Shown here: positions 1 to 9,796 of the stretch, one piece after another
Numbering within the stretch: the first letter of the stretch is position 1
Layout of the letters: every line of letters starts with the position of its first letter
The notes under the pieces: model-generated
Databases searched by the model: none
What the model was told of the DNA's origin: nothing
The model's input: the letters and a program-made list of their open reading frames with translations, nothing else
Assembly (NCBI GenBank): GCA_963798485.1
Contig: CAWCTR010000014.1
Location: 320,001 to 384,000, forward strand
From: an uncultured delta proteobacterium
GTDB lineage: Bacteria > Desulfobacterota > Desulfomonilia > UBA1062
Reading direction: 5' to 3'
DNA: 64,000 nucleotides
Made by a program: the position numbers and the translations under genes

Positions 1-1859
1 TTACTATCCTAGGTTTAAAATACATAAAGAAATTCCCGTACATCATCTTTGGCTGGCTCTGGTTCATAGGAACCCTCATTCCTGTTTCAGGAATAATTCA
101 AGGCGGGGCTTGGCCAAAGATCGCAGAGAGGTTTGCCTATATTCCACTTATCGGACTATTCATTATCTTTTCATGGGGTGTCCCGGATTTATTAAAAAGG
201 TTACGTAGAAAAGAAATTTTCATCTGCATTGCAGCCTCAATAATAATACTATCTCTTTCTGTAAAAACTTGGGCTCAGATAGGTTATTGGAAAGATGACT
301 TTGCTCTTTGCAAGCATGCAATTCAAGTAAACAAAAACAATGAACTGGCTTATAACAATCTAGGGGTTGCATATGCGAATAAAGGGGAAGAAGATAAAGC
401 ACTTAGACAATTTCAAGAGGCTATTAAGGTAGCACCTTTATATTACATAACATATCATAATATAGCTAAAATATATTATGACCGCCATGAATTAAAATTG
501 GCTTTAAAGAATTTAGAAAAATCATTAGAACTTAGTCCTGTGACTCCCGAAAACCATTTAAACTATGGCATATACTTAACAGCGGTAGGAAGACACGAAG
601 ATGCTTTGAAGCAGTTCAATGAAACAGTGAAGCTTGATCCTTATAGTAGTGATGCCCATTATAATATTGGTCTAGAAATGGAGAGAATAGGGAAAATAGA
701 CGATGCCATGAGGCATTTTAGTGAGGCACTGAAAATTAACCCTAAGGAAGTCAGAGTTCATTTTGAATTAGGAAAAATCCTGATAGAATCGGGAAAAAAT
801 AATGAGGCAGCAAAGGAATTTAATGAAGTCTTGAAGATGAAACCTAAAGGCATTACCGATTATAATGCACTAGGCATTATCTTGTTAGCAAAGGGGAAAA
901 ATGATGATGCACAGAAATACTTCAACAAAACACTAAAGATTGATCCTAAAAATACGTTTGCTCTTAATGGGTTGGCAGAATGGTCAGCCAAGAAGGGGAA
1001 TAATGATGAAGCCGTAAGGTATCTTAATGAATGCTTGAAGATTGAATCTAATAATATTTATACGCATTATAAGTTGGGAACTATTTTAGCAACAACTGGT
1101 AGGATCGAAGAAGCCGTGACCCAATTTAATGAGGCCTTGAGGATTAATCCCGATTATACCGAAGCCCAAGTAGAGCTTGGTAGTTTAATGCTTCGTACAG
1201 GGAATTCTGATGAAGCTATACAGCTTTATCTGGAAATCTTAAAGAAAGATCCCCATCAGGCAGTGGTTTGCCACAATCTAGGGTCAGCTTATTTTGGTAA
1301 AGGAAATCTCAAGAAGGCAATTGAATACTACCAGAAATCTTTACATGAGAAACCTGATTATGCTCTGGCAGAAAAGGATCTGAAAGTTGCACAGGTAAAC
1401 CAAAAAAATTTAGAAGATGTGTCATTGAAAATACAAGGGGCAATAAAAGCATATCCCAATAATCCAATGCTCTTTGCCAAGCTCGGTGAGACTTATAGAT
1501 TGCTGGGTGATGATGATCAAGCTACAGTCCAATATAAGAAAGCACTCTCAATTCAGCCCCAATATATACAGGCCTTGTACGGGCTTGTTCTCATTTATTC
1601 TCAGCAACAGGAGAATTATACAAAGGCTCTTGATTTATTGCAGACCATGCGACAATACCAGCCTGGAAATCCCAATATTTATTATAATATTGCATGCATT
1701 TATGCAAAACAAAACAAAGTAAATGAATCGCTTATTTGGATTCAGAAAGCTATCGATAAAGGATTCCACAACTGGGATTCCATTAAGAAAGACCCTGACC
1801 TTACAAATATTAGGAATAATTCTTATTTCGTTGATTTAATAAAGAAACATCATGGGTAG
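1..1859 (+). CDS. TMTC-like GT-C glycosyltransferase with TPR repeats (5' end outside window)
   Basis: The frame starting at nt 3 reads ...FPYIIFGWLWFIGTLIPVSGIIQGGAWPKIAERFAYIPLIG..., in frame with ORF 498..1859. Many TPRs follow, then the C-terminal YYNIACIYAKQN...IKKDPDL motif. Confidence 0.85.
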   Translation, partial: TILGLKYIKKFPYIIFGWLWFIGTLIPVSGIIQGGAWPKIAERFAYIPLIGLFIIFSWGVPDLLKRLRRKEIFICIAASIIILSLSVKTWAQIGYWKDDFALCKHAIQVNKNNELAYNNLGVAYANKGEEDKALRQFQEAIKVAPLYYITYHNIAKIYYDRHELKLALKNLEKSLELSPVTPENHLNYGIYLTAVGRHEDALKQFNETVKLDPYSSDAHYNIGLEMERIGKIDDAMRHFSEALKINPKEVRVHFELGKILIESGKNNEAAKEFNEVLKMKPKGITDYNALGIILLAKGKNDDAQKYFNKTLKIDPKNTFALNGLAEWSAKKGNNDEAVRYLNECLKIESNNIYTHYKLGTILATTGRIEEAVTQFNEALRINPDYTEAQVELGSLMLRTGNSDEAIQLYLEILKKDPHQAVVCHNLGSAYFGKGNLKKAIEYYQKSLHEKPDYALAEKDLKVAQVNQKNLEDVSLKIQGAIKAYPNNPMLFAKLGETYRLLGDDDQATVQYKKALSIQPQYIQALYGLVLIYSQQQENYTKALDLLQTMRQYQPGNPNIYYNIACIYAKQNKVNESLIWIQKAIDKGFHNWDSIKKDPDLTNIRNNSYFVDLIKKHHG

Positions 1860-1928
1860 TGAAGATACTGAAATGGAATAAGATAGGCAAAAGGAGAACC
1901 ATGTCATGAGTAATCGCTTATTGAAGTC

Positions 1929-4292
1929 CTAACGTGTTGATTTGTCTCGTCCTGTATAAGGTTCGGAGTTATTTTGGATCACAGTGTGATTTTCTATCAA
2001 TTCATTTATAAAAGCTGTGTTTCTAATGTTAGCAAGATCTGGGTCCCTCTTTATCATTTCCCAATTGTGAAATCCCTTTTCAATTGACAGTTTCAGCCAT
2101 TCAGTAGATTTATCACTCATATTTTGCTTAGCATAAATACATGCAATATTATAATAAACATCTGGATTACCAGGCTGTAACTTACTCATGCCCTGTAACA
2201 CATCAAGAGCCTTTGTATACTCCTGGCGATTGGAATAAACTAGTAACAGACCGTTCATAGCCTGGATGAATTTTGGTTGAATCGAGATCGCATCATTGTA
2301 TTGAGCAATGGCTTTTTCATATTCACCCAGCTTGCAGTAGATGTTGCCAAGCTTTGTATATAGTGCTGGATTCAGAGAATCCGACTTCACCAGCCCTTGT
2401 GTCTTTACGAGCAACCCTTCGAGTATTTTTTGGTTTATCCTGGCATTTTTAAGATTACTGACCGCCCCAGCATAATTAGGCTTTTCCCGTATTGACTCTT
2501 GATAACACTCGATGGCTTTTTTGATGTTCCCTTTATTGATAAAGGCCGTCCCTAAATTGTTGTAAACATCCGCCTGATGAGGATCTATACTTAATGCTTC
2601 TGTATAATGCTTAATAGCTTCATCATAATTACCTTTGCGCAACATCAAATTACCAAGGTTATTATTAGCTTCAATACTTCCATGGTTGATCTTAAGGGCT
2701 TCATTAAAATACTTTATAGCCTCATCCGTATTGCCTAAACCTGCCAAGAGCGTACCCAAAGCAGTGTGGGCATCAGCATTATTAGGGTCAACCTCTAATC
2801 CCTTTAAATAATACCCGATTGCAGTTTTCGTATCCTTGCGTGCTTCAAAGGCTTCCCCGAGATCGATATATGCCTTTGGATTAGCAGGGTTTATTCGAAG
2901 AGCCTCTCGGTAGTATTTGATAGCACCATCCACATCACCCTTATGAAGAAGAGTGTACCCAAATTGGAGGTGTGCTAAGTCATTGTTCTTGGTTACTTGA
3001 AGTGCATGGCGGAAAAGAGTCTCATTGTTTTTCCAGAAAGACAGTTGTTCCCATGTTGTCCAAGTGAGAAGCACAAAGACAATCCCGGATATTACACCAA
3101 GTGCAGGTTTACCATAATTCCATCTGCCGAAGATGTCTGATATACTCCATACTATTATAACGAATATCCCTATAAGTGGAATATAGGTATACCGGTCTGC
3201 CATCGATTGCTGGCCCACCTGCACGATCCCGATTACCGGGACAAGGGTACCAAGATACCAGAGCCAACCTACCATGAGATAAGGCAAACTCTTTGCAGCA
3301 ATTAGGACCAGAACAGTTATAAGCAAAAAAATCGAGAAACATAGTACTATATTATAAAGATGAAGGACATCCGGATATGGGTAAAATACTGCAAGATTGA
3401 TTGGCCAAAACATCTTCCCAAGATAGGCAATATAAGAATTGGCAGCATTTGCTATTCTGATGCCTATCGGCATGTATTTACTAGATACAACCGCTCCCCA
3501 GCTTTTTTGGGCAAAAAAGGTGATCACACTTGATATCAGCGCTAGAAGAATAAGTGGTATCTTATCAAGCAAGATGATTGAAGGCCCCGACCATCTACTA
3601 TTAAATCCCACTATAATTTCGCCTTTGTCAGTGGCCTTGTTTATCGCTTGAAAGAGATTCACACGCTTTAACGGCCAGAAATCAAGAAGCAGCAGCACAA
3701 ACGGCAATGTTACGAGCATGGGTTTCGATAAGAGCCCAAGGATATAGGAAAAGACCACAATTAGATATCTTGTTAAATTTCTGCTTTTTACATACCACAT
3801 ATAACCCATCATGGTGAGCATCCAGAAAAAGGTGCTCAGAACGTCTTTACGTTCAGAGACCCACGCCACCGATTCCACATGCAGGGGATGAAGAGCAAAG
3901 AGTGCAGCAACAGCAGCGCTCTTCAAGATCGCCCCGGTCATCCCCTGAAAAACGAAGAATAACAGGAGTGTATTGATTATATGGAAAAACACATTGACCA
4001 GGTGGTGCATTCCAGGGTTCATTCCAAAGAGCTGGACATCAAGCATATGAGAAATCCAGGTCAACGGGTGCCAGTTGGCGGCATACACGGATGCAAAGGC
4101 CCATCTTATACCTTGAAGGGTTATCCCTTGCTTGATAGTAGGATTTTCAGTTACATATCTTGGGTCATCGAGGTTGATAAACTCGAAACCTATCACTTGC
4201 CAGTATACAGTAAATACTGCTGCAGAAAGGAGAAGACAGATCAGAACCTTGGTAAATAAATATTTCCTGGAAGTCAGCTCTTCTTTCATCAT
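1929..4292 (-). CDS. TMTC-like membrane GT-C glycosyltransferase with C-terminal TPRs
   Basis: FINLDD acidic loop after TM1; NWHPLTWISH, HPLHVESVAWVSERKD and MADRYTY motifs; multiple TM segments followed by TPRs. Confidence 0.85.
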   Translation of the reverse strand: MMKEELTSRKYLFTKVLICLLLSAAVFTVYWQVIGFEFINLDDPRYVTENPTIKQGITLQGIRWAFASVYAANWHPLTWISHMLDVQLFGMNPGMHHLVNVFFHIINTLLLFFVFQGMTGAILKSAAVAALFALHPLHVESVAWVSERKDVLSTFFWMLTMMGYMWYVKSRNLTRYLIVVFSYILGLLSKPMLVTLPFVLLLLDFWPLKRVNLFQAINKATDKGEIIVGFNSRWSGPSIILLDKIPLILLALISSVITFFAQKSWGAVVSSKYMPIGIRIANAANSYIAYLGKMFWPINLAVFYPYPDVLHLYNIVLCFSIFLLITVLVLIAAKSLPYLMVGWLWYLGTLVPVIGIVQVGQQSMADRYTYIPLIGIFVIIVWSISDIFGRWNYGKPALGVISGIVFVLLTWTTWEQLSFWKNNETLFRHALQVTKNNDLAHLQFGYTLLHKGDVDGAIKYYREALRINPANPKAYIDLGEAFEARKDTKTAIGYYLKGLEVDPNNADAHTALGTLLAGLGNTDEAIKYFNEALKINHGSIEANNNLGNLMLRKGNYDEAIKHYTEALSIDPHQADVYNNLGTAFINKGNIKKAIECYQESIREKPNYAGAVSNLKNARINQKILEGLLVKTQGLVKSDSLNPALYTKLGNIYCKLGEYEKAIAQYNDAISIQPKFIQAMNGLLLVYSNRQEYTKALDVLQGMSKLQPGNPDVYYNIACIYAKQNMSDKSTEWLKLSIEKGFHNWEMIKRDPDLANIRNTAFINELIENHTVIQNNSEPYTGRDKSTR

Positions 4293-4386
4293 GCTATCAC
4301 TCTATCATTTCAAATATTAAAGAGCTGGCCCCGGTTGTTTGGACAGGGGATGGCGTTTTATAAGTGAAGCCTTGCCGTTATTCCCA

Positions 4387-5217
4387 TTAAGCCGCATCGG
4401 GCATCTCCTCCCGACAACCGAAATAAACCTCATCCGGGGGTGATCCGTCAAGCGTCGAGTGTGGCCGACGATGATTGTAGAAAGTAAGATAGCGTTCCAA
4501 GCCTCTTTTGGCTTCGCTGACGCTATCATAGGCGTGCAGATAGACCTCCTCATATTTGATGCTTTTCCAGAGCCTCTCTACGAACACATTGTCACGCCAG
4601 CATCCTCTCCCGTCCATGCTGATGGCAATGCCTTTTTCCTTCAAAAGCGCTGTAAACTCCATGCCGGTGAACTGGCTGCCCTGGTCGGTATTGAAGATTT
4701 CCGGTGTGCCATATAGATCTAGGGCTTCTTGAACCGCCTCGATACAAAAATCTGTGCTCAGGGTGTTTGACAACCGCCACGAGAGTACCCGCCGTGTTGC
4801 CCAGTCCATCACCACGAAGAGATAGACAAAACCCCGCTTCATCGGAATATAGGTGATGTCTGCTGCCCAGACATGGTTAGGTCTCTCGATCTTCAGGTTC
4901 CTAAGCAGATAGGGGTAGACCTGATGAGCCTGGTTTCGTCGGGTGGTATTGGGCTTGCGGTAGATGGCACCTATCCGCATGCGCCTCATCAGGGTGCTCA
5001 CATGCCGGCGACCGACCAGATGTCCTTCGCGTCTGAGCAAATCCCTGAGCATCCGGGCTCCGGCAAAGGGATAATCAAGATGCAGCTTATCTATCCGACG
5101 CATCTGCTCAAGATCACCAGGCAATACCGGCCGTGGCTGGTAATATACGCTCGAACGCGATATCTTCAAGGTACGGCACTGCTTCGTTACCGGCAGTTTG
5201 TGGCTGGGGTTTATCAT
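4387..5217 (-). CDS. IS3-family transposase OrfB (rve/DDE)
   Basis: WAADITY, FNTDQGSQF and DNVFVERLWKSIKYE DDE motifs. Confidence 0.95.
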   Translation of the reverse strand: MINPSHKLPVTKQCRTLKISRSSVYYQPRPVLPGDLEQMRRIDKLHLDYPFAGARMLRDLLRREGHLVGRRHVSTLMRRMRIGAIYRKPNTTRRNQAHQVYPYLLRNLKIERPNHVWAADITYIPMKRGFVYLFVVMDWATRRVLSWRLSNTLSTDFCIEAVQEALDLYGTPEIFNTDQGSQFTGMEFTALLKEKGIAISMDGRGCWRDNVFVERLWKSIKYEEVYLHAYDSVSEAKRGLERYLTFYNHRRPHSTLDGSPPDEVYFGCREEMPDAA

Positions 5218-5510
5218 TTTCTTGCGCTCAGCCGCCCCACTTTGATGAGCGCCTCTTCTAAAAAATCGTTCTCCAGGGTCAGTTCGCCGATCTTGGCATG
5301 CAGTTCCTTCAGGTCCGGCTCCTTGCCCTTCCTGGGGCCATCAAAGACCATGGCCGCACCATCCAGCATCTGCTGCTTCCAGTCCGATATCTGGTTAGGG
5401 TGTACATCGTACTGTTCAGCTATCTCTGCAAGCGTCCTATCACCCTTGATTGCTGATAATGCCACTTTCGCCTTAAAACTTGCCGAATGATTCCTTCTTG
5501 TCCTTCTCAT
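5214..5510 (-). CDS. IS3-family transposase OrfA (HTH)
   Basis: RRNHSASFKAKVAL...LHAKIGELTLENDFL; overlaps orfB by ATGA. Confidence 0.93.
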   Translation of the reverse strand: MRRTRRNHSASFKAKVALSAIKGDRTLAEIAEQYDVHPNQISDWKQQMLDGAAMVFDGPRKGKEPDLKELHAKIGELTLENDFLEEALIKVGRLSARK

Positions 5511-5742
5511 CCTCTTGCTCCTTTCTTTGACCGTAGTTCATCGGTCTTTTTAGAGCAAGGTTTTCACTTATCGACCTGTCCGAATTTCCGGAGCCACTTC
5601 TTAATATAGTTATAATTATAACTAGTGTCCATCCGGAAAGCGGTCTTTTTTAAAGTAGGGTGGGCTACAAAATACAGGTTCTGGGCCTTTCAAAATCAGA
5701 AAGTTATTGCAGGTATCTACACTCGTTCTCCCATAAAATATC

Positions 5743-7998
5743 TTAATGATTTTTTATCAATTCATTTATAAAAGCTGTGTTTCTAATGCTAGCAAGATCA
5801 GGATCTTTCTTAATAAGGTCCCAATTGTGAAATCCCTTCTCAATTGACTGCTTCAACCATTCAATAGATTTATCACTCATATTCTGCTTAGCATAAATAC
5901 ATGCAATGTTATAGTATACATCTGGATTACCAGGCTGGATCAGTCTTATATTTTGTAGCATATTAAGTGCCTTAGTGGACTCATTACAATCAGAATAAAC
6001 AAGCACAAGCCCATACATAGCATCGATGAAATTGGTATTAATCGAAAGTGCCTTTTGATATTCGGATATCGCTTCGTCATAGTTACCCTGTTGCATGTAG
6101 ATGCTGCCGAGTTTAGTGATCAGAATAGTATTATTCGGTTCGCTCTTTATCATCTCTCGAATTCTTAAGATCAGATCATCTCTTTTCTTTTGGGCTGTTC
6201 TGGCACTCTCAAGAGCATTAATAGCATCAACATAACCTGATTTTTCATGGATAGCATCGATAAAGTATCCAATAGCCTTCTTGATATTACCTTTCTGGAT
6301 ATAGATAACCCCAAGATTGTAGTACACGCGTTCCTGATGTGAATCTATATGTAATGCCTCTGTATAATATTTAATGGCATCATTAAGATTACCCTTAACT
6401 GCCATGATGTTGCCAAGGTTGTTATAAACGCCCCCATCTTGTGGATTCATTTTTATGCACTCCTGGAACTGATCAACAGCCTCATCAAAATGTTTCTCCT
6501 CAGCAAGTGCTCTACCCAGATTGAAGTGGGCATTCTCAAAATGAGGGTTAATCTTCAATGAATCTTGGTATTGCCTGATAGCCGCTTGAACATCCCCCCG
6601 GTGAAAAAGGGCGATTCCGAGATTGTTATGTGCCAGGTAATTGTTTTTGGTCAACTCAAGTGTGTGATTAAAGAGAGTTTCGCTGTTTTTCCAATAACTA
6701 ACCTGCACCCAACTGGTCCACATAAGAAATATAAGAAGGAGGGGGGTGAACACCCCTGTAGCCAATTGTCTATATTGCCAATGGGCAATAAGATCCGCAA
6801 GACCCCATACTATCATAATGAAAATCCCGACAAGTGGGAGGTATGTGTATCTATCCGCCATTGATTGTTGCCCCACCTGTACAATACCGATTACAGGAAT
6901 AAGAGTCCCCAAATACCAGAACCAACCTACTAAGAGATAAGGTAGTTGTTTCGCAAAAAGTAGCGTCATAAATGTTATGAATAAAATGATTAAGAGGGAA
7001 ATTATGACCTCAATGGGATGAAAGGAACCCGGGTATGGGTATAATACTGCAAGATTGATAGGCAACAGCATTTTCCCGAGATAGCCTGTATATGAGATGA
7101 CAGAATTTATTAACCTAGTACTGAAGTGCAAATGCTCAAAAGGTTGCACCGCCCCACCGTTTCTCTGGGCATAGAACGTCACACCGCTCGATATTATTGC
7201 AAGTATAATAAGTGGTATCTTCTCTCGAATCAGAAGGGACAGCTGCGGCCACCTGCTGCTGAACCTCACTTTGTTACAACTTTGATTACCTCCAATCCAT
7301 TCTATCTGAACATCTCCTCCTAGCCGTTTCAGAGGCCAAACATCCAGGAGGAGCAATGCAAATGGCAACGTCACCAGCATTGGCTTAGAAAGTAGTCCAA
7401 GTATAAAGATAAAAACCACAAGGTAATATCTTTTGAAACTGCTATTCTGTACATACCAGTAGTAACCCACCATGGTAAGTAGCCAGAAAAAGGTGCTCAG
7501 GACATCCTTGCGCTCAGAGATCCATGCGACCGACTCCACATGCAGGGGGTGAAGGGCAAAAAGAGCAGCCACCGCAGCGCTCCTCCATAATGCCCCGGTC
7601 ATCTTCTGCAATACAAAGAATAAGAGGAGGGTGTTAAGAGTATGGAAGATCACATTGGTGAGGTGATGCATGCCCGGGTTCATCCCGAATAGCTGAACAT
7701 CCAGCATATGCGATATCCAGGTCAAGGGGTGCCAATTGGCTGCATACATAGAGGTAAAGGCCCACCTGATACCTGTAAGTGTTATTCCTTGAATTATTAT
7801 GTGGTTCTCAGTGATATATAAATGATCATCGAAATTAATGAAATCAAAATTAATCACCTGCCAATACACAACAATTATCGCTATAGCAAGTAAAGCACAG
7901 ATTAATACGAGAATGGATGCACGGCTTTTATTATTTATCGCTGACTTTAATGAGAGAGTGTTATTTGCCAAAGGTACCTCCAAATTACCTGATAACAT
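5743..7998 (-). CDS. TMTC-like GT-C glycosyltransferase with TPRs
   Basis: FINFDD, NWHPLTW, VESVAWISERKD and MADRYTY motifs, TPRs and the DPDL end motif. Confidence 0.85.
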   Translation of the reverse strand: MLSGNLEVPLANNTLSLKSAINNKSRASILVLICALLAIAIIVVYWQVINFDFINFDDHLYITENHIIIQGITLTGIRWAFTSMYAANWHPLTWISHMLDVQLFGMNPGMHHLTNVIFHTLNTLLLFFVLQKMTGALWRSAAVAALFALHPLHVESVAWISERKDVLSTFFWLLTMVGYYWYVQNSSFKRYYLVVFIFILGLLSKPMLVTLPFALLLLDVWPLKRLGGDVQIEWIGGNQSCNKVRFSSRWPQLSLLIREKIPLIILAIISSGVTFYAQRNGGAVQPFEHLHFSTRLINSVISYTGYLGKMLLPINLAVLYPYPGSFHPIEVIISLLIILFITFMTLLFAKQLPYLLVGWFWYLGTLIPVIGIVQVGQQSMADRYTYLPLVGIFIMIVWGLADLIAHWQYRQLATGVFTPLLLIFLMWTSWVQVSYWKNSETLFNHTLELTKNNYLAHNNLGIALFHRGDVQAAIRQYQDSLKINPHFENAHFNLGRALAEEKHFDEAVDQFQECIKMNPQDGGVYNNLGNIMAVKGNLNDAIKYYTEALHIDSHQERVYYNLGVIYIQKGNIKKAIGYFIDAIHEKSGYVDAINALESARTAQKKRDDLILRIREMIKSEPNNTILITKLGSIYMQQGNYDEAISEYQKALSINTNFIDAMYGLVLVYSDCNESTKALNMLQNIRLIQPGNPDVYYNIACIYAKQNMSDKSIEWLKQSIEKGFHNWDLIKKDPDLASIRNTAFINELIKNH

Positions 7999-8029
7999 AT
8001 AAGGTTGTCAGGAACTATTTTTAATATAC

Positions 8030-9763
8030 TCAAAACTTTGAATGGTATGGTTCATGGAATTTAAAGACATCGTAGCGCTCGGGTGGCACTGATTCAAATG
8101 CAAATGGGAGCGGCCCTAAGACATGTGAGTAAAAGCCAGCGACATGATCAGATGATTCTGTTGTCACCCAATGACTAGACGGTAACTCTATGGATCCGAT
8201 ATAATCTGCAATTGCCGAACTGATATGATAAGTGTTTGTGTTGTTGTTTGGAATAATAAAGATGTCACCTGGTGCGGCACGAGATGTATGTACATCAATG
8301 GCTTTCGCACCGCCTTCTTCCATATAGTGCTGAAAGCCCCAATGCCCCTGAAACCATATCGTGCAATTGGATCTGGGAAGACTCAGTAGACGCTCTGCAG
8401 CATCGCGACCTGTACCGGCGAGGCAGTAATCACTCCAACAAATAGAAAGACTCAATAGTGCAGCTATAATCAATGATGCAACGGTCCATTGAGCAATTGG
8501 TGGCCCTTGATTGTTTAGACGCCGTACGAAGAGGATTGCTGCTGGTGGACCAAGCGGCATGAGGGTGCGAACATTAACGGACCAGTTGATAATACATCCG
8601 AAGATAAAAGTGCCGATTACCCATAGTATCAGTAGTATGATATCCGGGTTAGCACCTAGCCTCCAGGAGGTTGCAACAATTGTCATGATCAAAAGCCCCA
8701 TAAAGATCAGCAACGACAATTCGAATGTGAGGAGAAGATGGTATCCGTTCGGAACAGACGGTGCACCAGAATGGACCACGCCCCAGATGATCAGCAGTGC
8801 AGCAACAAAGGAAAGAAGTATATAGCCTATAAGTAAATAGGGGCGGAAAAGTCTCGGTGCAAGAAGAAATGTGAACGGCAATACCGGACCGAGAAAGCCA
8901 AAACCGACGATGATTTTCCCCCAAGCCATCGAACCCTTTGCCCAGCGGTTGAGATTTGCATATTGTGCTGCATCACTTAAAAGACCATGTCCATAAAGTA
9001 TGGCAGTCCAATGTTGATAGCCGACAAGAACAACTATTGGCAAAGCCAATGTGAGCAAAGATAACCTAAAACTGCGGTGGTGTATAATTGTGTATATTAA
9101 CATCAAAGGCAGGGCACTCAATGCAAAATACTTTGTCAATGCAGCAAGTGTGATGAGTATAATGGCTGATACAAGTTGTAGGGAAGAGTTATGTTTGATG
9201 CCGTTTATCCACAAGACGATGGACCACAAGAACAGGGCCAGCATCATAATGTCACACATGATGTTAGTGCTTGAAACCATGAAATAAGGTGATATAAGGA
9301 ACGCCATTGCTGCTAGCACAGGTGATGCTGCATATTGGCGTGCTAAAGCATATACTCCTAATATCACTGAGATCGCGAATGGTAACAAGGCAAGATGAAG
9401 TACTACTTCAGACCAGCCGAATAATAGAGCGACTGCAGCAATATAGTATGAAGCCAAGGGAGGATTTTTCATAACATCAGCCATTGGCTTTTCTGATATG
9501 TACCAATTAACGGTGAAGCCGTAGGGATCAAAGGGGTGTGCGATAATCTGGTGTGCGGTCTTTAGGAAAAGTGGATCATCCATATGGAATGCCTTACCAG
9601 TAAAAGGAACTAGAAGTGCTGCTGTTAGAATCGCTAGCACTGGGATGGCACGTCGCGGACCAGGGTCACTATAGAGCCACGTTGATGCCATTTCCCAATA
9701 AGTTGGTGCATTCTTGTCGGATTGGTTTCTCTTCTCGCGACTGTTTCTCTTCTGGCGATCCAT
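8030..9763 (-). CDS. PMT/ArnT-like (GT39/GT83-type) membrane glycosyltransferase
   Basis: Polytopic membrane protein with FHMDD acidic loop, NPPL motif and AALTKY; soluble C-terminal domain. Confidence 0.7.
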   Translation of the reverse strand: MDRQKRNSREKRNQSDKNAPTYWEMASTWLYSDPGPRRAIPVLAILTAALLVPFTGKAFHMDDPLFLKTAHQIIAHPFDPYGFTVNWYISEKPMADVMKNPPLASYYIAAVALLFGWSEVVLHLALLPFAISVILGVYALARQYAASPVLAAMAFLISPYFMVSSTNIMCDIMMLALFLWSIVLWINGIKHNSSLQLVSAIILITLAALTKYFALSALPLMLIYTIIHHRSFRLSLLTLALPIVVLVGYQHWTAILYGHGLLSDAAQYANLNRWAKGSMAWGKIIVGFGFLGPVLPFTFLLAPRLFRPYLLIGYILLSFVAALLIIWGVVHSGAPSVPNGYHLLLTFELSLLIFMGLLIMTIVATSWRLGANPDIILLILWVIGTFIFGCIINWSVNVRTLMPLGPPAAILFVRRLNNQGPPIAQWTVASLIIAALLSLSICWSDYCLAGTGRDAAERLLSLPRSNCTIWFQGHWGFQHYMEEGGAKAIDVHTSRAAPGDIFIIPNNNTNTYHISSAIADYIGSIELPSSHWVTTESSDHVAGFYSHVLGPLPFAFESVPPERYDVFKFHEPYHSKF

Positions 9764-9796
9764 ATTCTATCAACACTTTTTCTTACATAAAATATT

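Larger units (their letters stand above)
4318..5603 (-). mobile_element. IS3-family insertion sequence
   Basis: orfA/orfB pair; imperfect ~29-bp terminal IRs (aaagagctggccccggttgtttggacagg vs taagaagtggctccggaaattcggacagg); ATAT on both flanks (4314-4317, 5604-5607) as the likely TSD. Confidence 0.9.

Noticed and set aside
5622-5650. CTAGTGTCCATCCGGAAAGCGG as an IS/MITE end
   Set aside because: No partner inverted repeat was found nearby.
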